Source: Oligoflexia bacterium
GTDB lineage: Bacteria > Bdellovibrionota > UBA1018 > CAIMNF01
NCBI GenBank assembly: GCA_903831745.1
Contig: CAIKYX010000130.1
Location: 5,653-69,652 of the forward strand
DNA: 64,000 nucleotides
Direction of reading: 5' to 3'
The notes below the pieces were generated by a model, which saw only the letters and a list, made by a program, of their open reading frames with translations, did no database searches and was not told the origin of the DNA. Position 1 is the stretch's first letter. Each line of letters starts with the position of its first letter. The position numbers and the translations under genes are program-made. Of the stretch, positions 39,376 through 48,614 are shown piece after piece.

Positions 39376-40386
39376 TTACGCCTCGAAATGGTGGTCAACA
39401 TGTTCCTTGATCTGGACCCTTAATTCTTCAGCCGACAACCATTCTGTGTTTTCGCCCGAATTGTATTTAAACCCTTCGGTAACAAATTTTGCCGAAAACT
39501 TTTTCAGGTAATCGTCTTTCTTCCAGTTCGGATGACTTGGAATGATGACATAATACTTTCCGCAATCGAGCGTATTCAGCGAATCTGATTCAGTAATCAT
39601 CTCTTCGTGTAACTTTTCGCCCGAGCGAATTCCCACGATCTCGGTCTTACATTTCGGACCAATGGCTTTTGCCATTTCGAGAATTCGATAAGAAGGAATC
39701 TTCGGGACGAAAATCTCGCCGCCCCAGGAATTTTCGAGCGCATGAAGTACCATCTTTACACCCTCTTCTAGCGTAATATTGAAACGGGTCATGTTTTCGT
39801 GCGTTACTGGCAGCGTTCCGGTCGAACGCATTTTCATGAAAAACGGAACCACAGAGCCGCGAGAGCCAAGCACGTTTCCGTAGCGGACCACCGAAAAAGT
39901 GAGATCGCGTTTTCCCTTAATATTATTGGCAGCAATGAAAAGCTTGTCCGAGCATAGTTTGGTTGCACCATACAGATTCACCGGTGCCGCCGCCTTATCG
40001 GTCGAAAGCGCAACCACCTTGGTGACACCGCAATCGAGGGCTGCGTTGATGACATTTTCGGCGCCGAAAATATTGGTGTTGATACATTCCATTGGATTGT
40101 ACTCGGCAGTCGGAACCTGCTTGAGCGCCGCTGCATGGATGATGATGTCGACACCTTCACAAGCACGTTTCATGCGGGCACCATCTCGAACATCACCAAT
40201 GAAATATCTCATTTGCGGATATTTCTTCGGATCAAATTGCTGGGCCATTTCGAATTGCTTGAGTTCGTCCCGTGAGTAAACAATTAATTTTTTTACTTCG
40301 GGATAAAGCTCCAGAACCATCTGAATGAATTTTTTTCCGAAAGATCCGGTTCCACCGGTTACCAATATGGTTTTACCTTTTAGCAT
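39376..40386 (-). CDS. pseB: UDP-N-acetylglucosamine 4,6-dehydratase (inverting)
   Basis: 336 aa. MLKGKTILVTGGTGSFGKKFIQMVLELYPEVKKLIVYSRDELKQFEM...HAAALKQVPTAEYNPMECINTNIFGAENV...YGATKLCSDKLF is near-identical in pattern to Campylobacter/Helicobacter PseB (FlaA1). Confidence 0.92.
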   Translation of the reverse strand: MLKGKTILVTGGTGSFGKKFIQMVLELYPEVKKLIVYSRDELKQFEMAQQFDPKKYPQMRYFIGDVRDGARMKRACEGVDIIIHAAALKQVPTAEYNPMECINTNIFGAENVINAALDCGVTKVVALSTDKAAAPVNLYGATKLCSDKLFIAANNIKGKRDLTFSVVRYGNVLGSRGSVVPFFMKMRSTGTLPVTHENMTRFNITLEEGVKMVLHALENSWGGEIFVPKIPSYRILEMAKAIGPKCKTEIVGIRSGEKLHEEMITESDSLNTLDCGKYYVIIPSHPNWKKDDYLKKFSAKFVTEGFKYNSGENTEWLSAEELRVQIKEHVDHHFEA

Positions 40387-42089
40387 ATTCCACCTCTATC
40401 TTTTTTCAGCTCCAGGGTTCTGGTAGCAATTTTATCGAAACTTGATTTGTGACTGATGATAATGGTCGTAATTTCTTTGAGAATGCCTTCGATCGAACGA
40501 ATGAATTTGGATTCTGTTTCGCCATCGAGATTGGCTGTCGCTTCATCGAGAATCAGGATCTGGGGCTTTCGAACCACGCCACGTGCGATGGATAAACGCT
40601 GCTTTTGTCCGGTCGACATGGGCGTTTGTTCTTGAATGAAATAATCGAGAGCAAATCGCTCGTCAGTGAGTTGCGCTTTTAAAAGAGCGTCTTTCATCTC
40701 CGCATCGGTCACTGTTTCTGGACTATGGTGACCGAACAAGAGGTTTTCGCGAATGGTTCCTGCAATCATATAGGGTTCGGGCCCGACATAGGCCACTCGT
40801 TCGAACAAACTGTTTTTTACAGATTCAATGGGCGCACCATTGATCAGCACCCCACCCCGGCTGGGCTTAAGTAGACCGAGCACCAGCATCAAAAGCGTGC
40901 TTTTACCGACTCCCGATTCGCCCTTGATCAGCAGCACCTGACCACGCCCCACCTCGAGGCTCAAATCATTGAATAGCTTCGGACCGCTGACATAACCAAA
41001 ATCGACGTTCTTAAGCTGAATCGAAACACCTTGCTCGCATGAAAGCGGAAGAACCGGAAACTTCTTCTCGGAATCTTCTTTTGCTTTTTGCTGACTCAGA
41101 CGTTCGTGCCATTGATAGATTTCCTTGAACCCTCCGAGATGAAGTCTGAATTCAGAAAGGGCAATATTGGCATCGCTCGCCCCTTGAGCTAGCCTGATAA
41201 AAAGATAGAAAAACGAAATCAGGGTAATCGCAGGAGTATGAATGTAGGCGATGCTGATATAGGTGATCGAACTGATGACAAAAATGCCAATGATATTCGG
41301 AAAGAAATTTTTTACAGAAGAGGCAACGAAATACGAACGGTAGTGCTGCTCGTAAACCACCAGAGCCGTATTCGCTCGTTTGATTTCACGATCTAACAAA
41401 CCATAGATCTTCAGCAAGAAATGGTGCCTCAGGCCTTCCATCAAAATCTTACTGACATTCTCCCACTGCCCACGAAAGCCATCTCCTGCTTTTTTGATGC
41501 CGGAATTGAACCGCCTGAGAGGGACAAGAAAAATACCGAGAAAGGTAAGCCCGATCAGCATCTCGATCGGTGCAAGCTTAAGCCCCATGGCAAAAAACAA
41601 AAAGGAAGAAGTTCCGACTAGCGTGAGTTGCGACAAGGACTGAAGCACTGAACCCGCCTGTGCCACACGTTCGGTAAAAATAGTAATGACCTGATGTGCA
41701 GAAACATCTTCGGCCTTGAGAAGCGCATACTCGAGCGTTCGAGAACGCTGAAGGCGAACGAACGCCTGCCCCGTCACGCCAGCAAGATAGGATCGGATCA
41801 TGTAAGCCACACCGCGGGCTACTCCGAACGTAAACAGAATCAAGACGGCTGAAAGAAGACTTGTCGGATACCACGCCGGCAATTTAAGGTCAGGCGACTT
41901 TACCAAGCCAATCGCCTGAAGAAATCCTTGAAGCACCGGAATAAACGACGCTTCGATCAGGAACATGAAAATTCCAAAGACGGTGGAAACAAAGAAAAGT
42001 CTCCAGACTTCCTTACCTAAAAAATTCTTAAACTTCCGAAATTGCTGCAGGTACTTTTGAATCATGTTTTGATTGAAAAAGGGTACCAA
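40380..42089 (-). CDS. ABC exporter, fused TMD-NBD half-transporter (type I exporter, MsbA-like fold)
   Basis: 569 aa. Six N-terminal TM helices, Walker A GESGVGKST, signature LSGGQKQRLSIARG (as read on the protein), Walker B ILILDEATANLD. First gene of the minus-strand operon that continues into pseB-pseC-AKR-pseF. Confidence 0.85.
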   Translation of the reverse strand: MVPFFNQNMIQKYLQQFRKFKNFLGKEVWRLFFVSTVFGIFMFLIEASFIPVLQGFLQAIGLVKSPDLKLPAWYPTSLLSAVLILFTFGVARGVAYMIRSYLAGVTGQAFVRLQRSRTLEYALLKAEDVSAHQVITIFTERVAQAGSVLQSLSQLTLVGTSSFLFFAMGLKLAPIEMLIGLTFLGIFLVPLRRFNSGIKKAGDGFRGQWENVSKILMEGLRHHFLLKIYGLLDREIKRANTALVVYEQHYRSYFVASSVKNFFPNIIGIFVISSITYISIAYIHTPAITLISFFYLFIRLAQGASDANIALSEFRLHLGGFKEIYQWHERLSQQKAKEDSEKKFPVLPLSCEQGVSIQLKNVDFGYVSGPKLFNDLSLEVGRGQVLLIKGESGVGKSTLLMLVLGLLKPSRGGVLINGAPIESVKNSLFERVAYVGPEPYMIAGTIRENLLFGHHSPETVTDAEMKDALLKAQLTDERFALDYFIQEQTPMSTGQKQRLSIARGVVRKPQILILDEATANLDGETESKFIRSIEGILKEITTIIISHKSSFDKIATRTLELKKDRGGIC

Positions 42090-42182
42090 TAAATAGCTGC
42101 CCCAGCAACGTTTAACCCATAATATCGTTTAATTTTAAAGGGTTTTTGTTCATTTTTTGCTTTTATGATACACTGAAGCCCA

Positions 42183-42950
42183 ATGATTCCTGATGAATTC
42201 AGATTAGGGCTGTTTCAATGTGACCTCACCTGGGAAAACACTTCAGCCAACCTCTCCAGACTCGAAGCTCTCGGCCCCGAGTTCGCAGGCACCTGCGACT
42301 TGCTGCTGGTTCCCGAAACCTTTTCAACGGGCTTTACCTCAAAACCTGCCGGACTCGCACTCAATGAGCAAAACGGCGCGCTCGAACGAATCATTCAGGT
42401 GGCTAAAAACCTTAAAACCCACGTAGCAGGATCATTCATCTGGAAACATGAAAACACCTACCGCAATCGCTTTATACTGGTAAACGAACTGGGAATTCAG
42501 GGGCACTACGACAAACATCATCTTTTTGGTCTAGGTCAAGAGACCCAGTTATTTCAAGCCGGAATAGAGAGGACCACTTGGATGGTCGGTGGCTTCAAGA
42601 TTGCCCCGTTTGTTTGTTATGACTTGAGATTTCCAGAATGGTGCGGAAATTCCGAAAAGTGCGATTTGATGATTTTTTGCGCAAATTGGCCCGAGGCCCG
42701 AGTCAGCCATTGGAAGACGTTGCTGAACGCAAGGGCAATCGAGAATCAATGCTACGTTGCAGGCGTGAATCGAATCGGGCGCGACGGAAACCAACTCACC
42801 TATTCGGGCGACAGCCTGGTCATCGATGCGAACGGATCGACGCTTTTGGATTCAGGGGCGACCGAATCACTTAAAATAGTAAAACTATCAAAATCTAACC
42901 TGGCCGCTTACCGCAATAAACTACCGTTTTTGAACGACCGCTTTCAGTAA
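42183..42950 (+). CDS. Carbon-nitrogen hydrolase family (nitrilase/omega-amidase-like)
   Basis: 255 aa. Starts MIPDEFRLGLFQCDLTWEN. The catalytic E-K-C triad context includes ...VCYDLRFPEW (Cys). Confidence 0.78.
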   Translation: MIPDEFRLGLFQCDLTWENTSANLSRLEALGPEFAGTCDLLLVPETFSTGFTSKPAGLALNEQNGALERIIQVAKNLKTHVAGSFIWKHENTYRNRFILVNELGIQGHYDKHHLFGLGQETQLFQAGIERTTWMVGGFKIAPFVCYDLRFPEWCGNSEKCDLMIFCANWPEARVSHWKTLLNARAIENQCYVAGVNRIGRDGNQLTYSGDSLVIDANGSTLLDSGATESLKIVKLSKSNLAAYRNKLPFLNDRFQ

Positions 42951-44896
42951 CCCCAAAGATGCTGAAGACTGACTGCACCTGCTTCAGAACTGGTCACAAT
43001 CTGGGCATTCATGTCTGCATCAGAGGATGAAATACAAACACCACCGAAACCTTCTGGCAAAAATTCGCTCAGCTCCGGAAATACCTCATGCAGCCACAAA
43101 TGATGAACACCAAACGCGGGCACGTTCAGATCTTTTTCAATTTTTAAGCCTTTTGGGCTATAAATCTTAAGTTTATAGCGAGCTTCGCCCGGATAATTTA
43201 ACGAGCCACTTCCGTTTACCAGCGAGATTGCGGTTCTAAAGCCAGAATGATTCAGAACACGTCCGACCACATTCGTATTCGCATTGATCGAACGGGTAGG
43301 ATGAAGCCAGTGTGGAAAATCCTTGAACATGACGCCGACATTTCGCCAACAATTTTGAAACTCGGTAAAATCGCGGTCATGGGTCTTACGATTCCTGATC
43401 ACCAAATCACCCCAGGCCACCCATTTGCGTGGATCCCAATTGGTGTTTGAAAAATCTGGCTCAACCACCATCAGGCGTGCCTCATTCTTTTTAGGAAAGT
43501 CCCTTAGTACCTCTGAACAAAAAATATGTCCTGGTGATTTCTGTTCGTACTTGAGCTCGCCTATCTTGCGGCCCGAACCATCAAATACGTGAACTATAAA
43601 ACGACTCATTCGCGGATTGGCCCACTCGAAAGTAAATCCGTACTCATGTAAATCATTTTCCGGCAAAACCGGTACTGCGTGCGGATAGATCATGTATCCA
43701 GCTGTACGCATTTTTTGCATCCATTCGTTCGACTCACCCGGAGTAAATTCAACCGAATTTTCCTTCAACGCCTGGGATGCCATGTGGTTTCCGAGGAGTA
43801 CTGGCCGCTGAGTATTAAGCCCGCCTTGCGCCTCTTCGAATAAATACCAAAAACAGCATCCATAACCCCTGAAACTCAGGCCTACGTTGGCAAAACCTTC
43901 GGTGGGCTTGCGCTTTTCAAACACGACTTCCTCGAGTGGAACATTCTGATTGCGCTTGACGATCTCAACCCCGTCTACCGTCATTTGGGTTAACGGAATT
44001 TCATGCGATTGCATGTCCATTTCGTAATTCGGAATCGTGGCGACGATTTTACCACTCGTGATCAGACTGGCAGCAACTATCGTCGACTCTTCAGTGGCCG
44101 GACCGTAATCATGCCCGCCATGCAGCGACGTAATTGATCCCTTCCAATGCAAATCAGACCAAACTCGCCAGCGACGATGCCGTTTTCTCGTCAATTGAGG
44201 ATGATGGGTAAACACTTCAAATACCGCAGGCCCCACCCTGACCGGCAAGGCGTCACTTAATCTTAAATGAAAGGTTTCGCCGGGGCTCAGCAGGACTTGA
44301 TTTTCGTATCTCGAACTCCAGTCGCGCACCCTCACGTTTACCAAAACCGGCTCTTTTGCGCCGAAAAATTCGCCATAGTGATTGAACAGATAAAAATCAG
44401 CATCTTCGGCTTCTGTCGGAACCGGAATGGTCGAACCCCCGAACTCAAAATCCGCACCTTCCCACAAAACAGGAATCGATAGATTCTTTTTCTTCAGGAT
44501 TTTTAGAATCGCAGGATAGGCGGTCTTCACATCACGCCCACCGACCAGAATTGCATCGAGCGAAGCAAAGTCCGCTCCGGACAATGGTGTCGCGCCCTTG
44601 AGTACGTCTTCACCCCGAAGCGATATCCATTTCCATTTCGTCGAATCAGGAGCGAGTTCACGAACCGCACCTTGAAAGGCAGAATCGCCGCAAAGCAGAA
44701 TTCGTTGCCAATTCTTATCCGAGATTTTCTTCAGCAAAGGTGCCAGTTCTTGTGTGACCGTTCGCTGATCTTGCGGCACCACATTTCGATTTTTGTATTT
44801 TTCGCGATTGAGAACCATTCGTCCTCGAAACGCTTTTGGATCCGTGGTTAAAAGCTTAGCCGCTGTAGAAAATTTGCGAAAAAGTACCGGTATCAT
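42944..44896 (-). CDS. Large hypothetical protein (650 aa), no confidently recognised domain
   Basis: Long uninterrupted ORF. N-terminal Rossmann-like segment RILLCGDSAFQGAVREL...LDAILVGGRD. Many Trp/His-rich stretches. Translationally coupled (4-nt overlap) to the upstream FkbM-family methyltransferase. Confidence 0.6.
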   Translation of the reverse strand: MIPVLFRKFSTAAKLLTTDPKAFRGRMVLNREKYKNRNVVPQDQRTVTQELAPLLKKISDKNWQRILLCGDSAFQGAVRELAPDSTKWKWISLRGEDVLKGATPLSGADFASLDAILVGGRDVKTAYPAILKILKKKNLSIPVLWEGADFEFGGSTIPVPTEAEDADFYLFNHYGEFFGAKEPVLVNVRVRDWSSRYENQVLLSPGETFHLRLSDALPVRVGPAVFEVFTHHPQLTRKRHRRWRVWSDLHWKGSITSLHGGHDYGPATEESTIVAASLITSGKIVATIPNYEMDMQSHEIPLTQMTVDGVEIVKRNQNVPLEEVVFEKRKPTEGFANVGLSFRGYGCCFWYLFEEAQGGLNTQRPVLLGNHMASQALKENSVEFTPGESNEWMQKMRTAGYMIYPHAVPVLPENDLHEYGFTFEWANPRMSRFIVHVFDGSGRKIGELKYEQKSPGHIFCSEVLRDFPKKNEARLMVVEPDFSNTNWDPRKWVAWGDLVIRNRKTHDRDFTEFQNCWRNVGVMFKDFPHWLHPTRSINANTNVVGRVLNHSGFRTAISLVNGSGSLNYPGEARYKLKIYSPKGLKIEKDLNVPAFGVHHLWLHEVFPELSEFLPEGFGGVCISSSDADMNAQIVTSSEAGAVSLQHLWGY

Positions 44897-45912
44897 AAAT
44901 TAGGCCAACCCCGTTTCATCCAGTAAATGGTCATGTCGTCGTTCATCCGAAGCTTGCGTCTTACTCGTCGCACCAGATTGCCGATTCGATCATCCCGCTC
45001 GCGCAATCGCGGACGCGGGGCAACTGACTTGATGGCTTCGATCATTGCTGCAGATTCGTCTGCGGTAAACAAACCCTGTGCAGTGGCTCGATCCAGCAAC
45101 CAGAACGCAAGATCAAAAAACTGATAGGTACACGCACAAATCAGTGCTTTGGTCAGAAAAGTTTTTGAACGGAATAGGTTTCCGTTTGATGAGCTTCTAA
45201 AATAAAGTGCATCCCCCCCGACCAACTCGGCCCCAAGATGAGCTGTGGCTCTGGCGGTATTCAAATGTCTCCTAATGAAATAGTTTTCGACACCATCCTT
45301 GCAATAATACGATCGCGCCGTTCGAAGATCGAGAAGTTCGAAACCCTTTGAAAGCATGAAAGCATGCACATCACTGAACATCGGTTGACCTTTGTAAATC
45401 TCATGAAACTCGACTTCCGTTTCGACACAAATCACATCATTGAGTTGTTCATCGGTCATAGAAGAAAGGATGTCGAGTTCGGAACCCTGAGTATCAAGTT
45501 TGATCAGATTGGGAGCGCCCTTTTTTTGCTTCTGCAAAAAATCGGCATAGGACGAACACTGAATCTCGACCTGACGCACATTACCCCAATAGTCTGAACT
45601 TCCGAATTTATCGACAAATACAGGATTCGGTGGATAAATCGAAGCACCGGTCGTGCGCATCGGCACATAAAGCGTGCAAGGGCCGGTTTTCTTGGCAAGC
45701 CCGATGGGATGCCATTGAATTTCTGGTCTCGAAATCTTCGACTGACGCTCACATTCCTTCTCATTGGGCTCGAACGCATCGACTTTCATCAACTCGAGGT
45801 AAGGAAACCAGTGTTCGCAAATTCCACCATCGGCTCCGACGTCGGCCGCGAGAACGTTCTCAGAGGCAAGAAACTTGCGTAAAATTGCATTAAATTTCGC
45901 CGATTTTGTCAT
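44893..45912 (-). CDS. FkbM-family SAM-dependent methyltransferase
   Basis: 339 aa. LAADVGADGGICEHWF...VDAFEPNEKECERQ matches the Methyltransf_21 (FkbM) core (DvGAn.G....FEPnp). Confidence 0.72.
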   Translation of the reverse strand: MTKSAKFNAILRKFLASENVLAADVGADGGICEHWFPYLELMKVDAFEPNEKECERQSKISRPEIQWHPIGLAKKTGPCTLYVPMRTTGASIYPPNPVFVDKFGSSDYWGNVRQVEIQCSSYADFLQKQKKGAPNLIKLDTQGSELDILSSMTDEQLNDVICVETEVEFHEIYKGQPMFSDVHAFMLSKGFELLDLRTARSYYCKDGVENYFIRRHLNTARATAHLGAELVGGDALYFRSSSNGNLFRSKTFLTKALICACTYQFFDLAFWLLDRATAQGLFTADESAAMIEAIKSVAPRPRLRERDDRIGNLVRRVRRKLRMNDDMTIYWMKRGWPNL

Positions 45913-46041
45913 GCCGTGAGGGTATCAACAGTCGGATTTTTGTGTCAAGGATGATGCCAGATCCGAGGAATGCGCGCAGACCAAATTTCGCTTGCTTCTT
46001 TATGGCTCAGGCTCTAAAAAATTCAATGGTATCGGTATTCT

Positions 46042-47112
46042 ATGAGTGAATTTCATTTCAAAGCAGCAGTCTTGGAGAAAACCGGACATCCCCTGAAGAT
46101 GTTCGATCGCATTCCAGTACCCGCGCTCAAACCCGGACAACTCCTCGTCAAAATGGCCTATAGCGGAGTTTGCAGAAGCCAACTGATGGAAGCGCGGGGC
46201 CTTCGAGGCAAAGATCACTACCTTCCCCATCTTTTGGGACACGAAGGCTCAGGAAAAGTCATCGCGGTCGGATCTGAAGTCACCAAAGTCAAACCGGGCG
46301 ATTTCGTGATTCTCGGCTGGATCAAGGGGCTGGGGCTAGAAAGCGGTGGAACCCAATTTCACGTCGATGGTCAGATCATCAATGCAGGCGGCATCACTAC
46401 TTTTTCGGATTACACCGTCATTTCAGAAAATCGCTGCGTAAAAATTCCTGCAGGACTTCCGTTGGATATTGCCGTTTTGTTCGGTTGCGCCCTGCCCACC
46501 GGCGCTGGAATCGTGCTGAACGAAATCGAACTCAAACCCCAAGACACAGTCGTCGTCTGGGGATTAGGAGGAATCGGGCTGAGCGCTTTGATGGCGACCC
46601 AACTTTTTGGTTGCAAGCAAGTGATCGCGGTAGATGTAGAAGATTCGAAACTTGCGCTTGCCCGCGAATTCGGAGCGACCCATACCATCAATTCGACCCA
46701 AGAAAACGCCGTCGAAAAGATCCGCGCACTGACGAACGATCAAGGCGCAGACTACGCCATCGAGGCGTCGGGTTTTGCTAAATCAATCGAACAGGCTTTC
46801 GAGGCAGTAAAAAGAAACGGCGGACTTTGCATTTTTGCATCTCATCCGGCGAATCACGAAAAGATCGAGCTTGATCCTTTCGAGCTAATTTGCGGCAAAC
46901 AAATTCGCGGAAGCTGGGGCGGCGGAGTTAAACCCGATACCGATATTCCACGAATGGCAGAACTCTATCTGAAGGGCAAGTTGCCACTCCAGAAGCTCTT
47001 GTCGAAACCCTATGCGCTGAACGAAATCAATCAGGCGCTCGATGACTTGGAGAACCGAAAAGTCACCCGTGCGATCATCGAAATTGATCCAACCTTAAAG
47101 GCAATCCCATGA
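46042..47112 (+). CDS. Zinc-dependent medium-chain alcohol/polyol dehydrogenase
   Basis: 356 aa. Catalytic-zinc motif GHEGSGKV, structural Cys cluster, Rossmann motif VVWGLGGIGLSAL. Confidence 0.85.
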   Translation: MSEFHFKAAVLEKTGHPLKMFDRIPVPALKPGQLLVKMAYSGVCRSQLMEARGLRGKDHYLPHLLGHEGSGKVIAVGSEVTKVKPGDFVILGWIKGLGLESGGTQFHVDGQIINAGGITTFSDYTVISENRCVKIPAGLPLDIAVLFGCALPTGAGIVLNEIELKPQDTVVVWGLGGIGLSALMATQLFGCKQVIAVDVEDSKLALAREFGATHTINSTQENAVEKIRALTNDQGADYAIEASGFAKSIEQAFEAVKRNGGLCIFASHPANHEKIELDPFELICGKQIRGSWGGGVKPDTDIPRMAELYLKGKLPLQKLLSKPYALNEINQALDDLENRKVTRAIIEIDPTLKAIP

Positions 47113-48614
47113 ACCACTCTTCGAATGAGCTTAGCCCTGAATCTCAGAAAATCATTGCCACCATCCGCGAAACTGCAGGACCTAATCGAAAAATTTCTTT
47201 TGTGTCGGGATACTTTAACGTCCTTCATCCGGGGCATTTGCGCCTGCTTCGCTTTGCCAAAGAATGCGGAGACTTTTTGGTGGTCGGCGTACTCGAGAGC
47301 GGCCCTTACAGTTCGCCACTTCTTTCAGAATCCCTGAGGCTTGAAGGAATTCTTTCTACCAGTTGGGTCGATTTCGGATTCATCCTGAAGGACAATCCCA
47401 AGGAATTTATTCGTGCGCTTCAACCCGCCACTGTTGCCAAAGGAAATGAATTCGCCGACCAGGAAAATGCAGAGCAAGCCATTGTCGAATCTTACGGCGG
47501 AAAGCTTCTTTTCAATTCAGGCGACTTTATTTTTTCATCGATCGATTTTCTCCGTAAAGAATTCAATCGCCTGAAATTTTCAGACATCGAAAAGCCGATG
47601 GATTTTCCGAAACGCCATCAATTCAGCATGCAGCGATTGGCCCAGATCATCGATCTTTTTCCAAATGTCAACGCAACGGTCATCGGTGACTCGATTGTAG
47701 ATGAATACATTACCTGTGATCCGGTAGGCATGTCGCAAGAGGACCCTACCCTGGTGATCACCCCCGTACTGACGGAACGCTTTCTCGGCGCCGCTGGAAT
47801 CGTCGCGGCCCATGCGGTTTCACTTGGCGCAAATATCGATTTCTTCACCGTCACCGGAAATGATGCCGAAGGAAAATACATTCACGAACAAACCGAACGC
47901 TACAAAGTCAAATCACACATTTACGAAGACACGAGCCGTCCTACCACACTCAAGCAACGCTTTCGGGCTACCGGCAAGACCCTGCTTAGAGTGAACCGCT
48001 TTAGGCAGCACGAGATCAATACCAAACTACAGGAAGTCATTTTCAAAGACTTGGTCAAGAACCTGGCCGACAAGCAGCTTCTGATTTTTTCTGATTTTAA
48101 CTATGGTTGCCTGCCTCAAACCCTGATTGAAAAGCTGATCACCCATTGCAAGAAAAACAATATCAAGATGGTGGCCGACAGCCAGTCTTCATCACAAGTG
48201 GGCAACGTGGCCCGTTTTCATGATATGGACCTGATCACGCCGACCGAGCGTGAAGCCCGCCTGGCAGTTCAGGACTTTCGATCAGGCATCGTCATGATGG
48301 CGCGCGAACTGCAAAAAGCGTCGAATGCCAAGAACATTTTTGTAACCATGGGTAAGGAAGGCGTCATGATTCACGCCGATGTTTCGGGCGAGAACCAATG
48401 GCTGACCGACCAATTACCCTCGATGAACTCGGCACCCGTAGATGTTTCTGGAGCGGGCGACTCGCTTTTCATTTGCTCATCTCTGGCTCTGGCCGCCGGT
48501 GCCAACATCTGGGAAAGTGCTTATTTGGGTTCTCTTGCAGCCGCAAGTCAGGTAGGAAGACTCGGAAACATTCCACTGACCAAGCAAGAACTCTTAAAGG
48601 ACACTCTCAATTGA
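47109..48614 (+). CDS. Bifunctional sugar kinase / nucleotidyltransferase, HldE (RfaE)-like with inverted domain order (cytidylyltransferase-like domain N-terminal, PfkB kinase C-terminal)
   Basis: 501 aa. N-terminal ISFVSGYFNVLHPGHLRLLRFAKECGDFLVVGV is the HxGH nucleotidyltransferase domain, similar to HldE domain II. C-terminal VIGDSIVDEYI...GAAGIVAAHAVSLGA...DVSGAGDSLF is a ribokinase/PfkB domain, similar to HldE domain I. ATGA overlap with the upstream ADH. Confidence 0.8.
   Translation: MNHSSNELSPESQKIIATIRETAGPNRKISFVSGYFNVLHPGHLRLLRFAKECGDFLVVGVLESGPYSSPLLSESLRLEGILSTSWVDFGFILKDNPKEFIRALQPATVAKGNEFADQENAEQAIVESYGGKLLFNSGDFIFSSIDFLRKEFNRLKFSDIEKPMDFPKRHQFSMQRLAQIIDLFPNVNATVIGDSIVDEYITCDPVGMSQEDPTLVITPVLTERFLGAAGIVAAHAVSLGANIDFFTVTGNDAEGKYIHEQTERYKVKSHIYEDTSRPTTLKQRFRATGKTLLRVNRFRQHEINTKLQEVIFKDLVKNLADKQLLIFSDFNYGCLPQTLIEKLITHCKKNNIKMVADSQSSSQVGNVARFHDMDLITPTEREARLAVQDFRSGIVMMARELQKASNAKNIFVTMGKEGVMIHADVSGENQWLTDQLPSMNSAPVDVSGAGDSLFICSSLALAAGANIWESAYLGSLAAASQVGRLGNIPLTKQELLKDTLN

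Noticed and set aside
42090-42182. Attempted to assign -35/-10 promoter elements for the divergent pse operon and the C-N hydrolase gene
   Set aside because: Candidate hexamers (TTGTTC, TATGAT) have non-canonical spacing of 12 nt, which is too weak to call.
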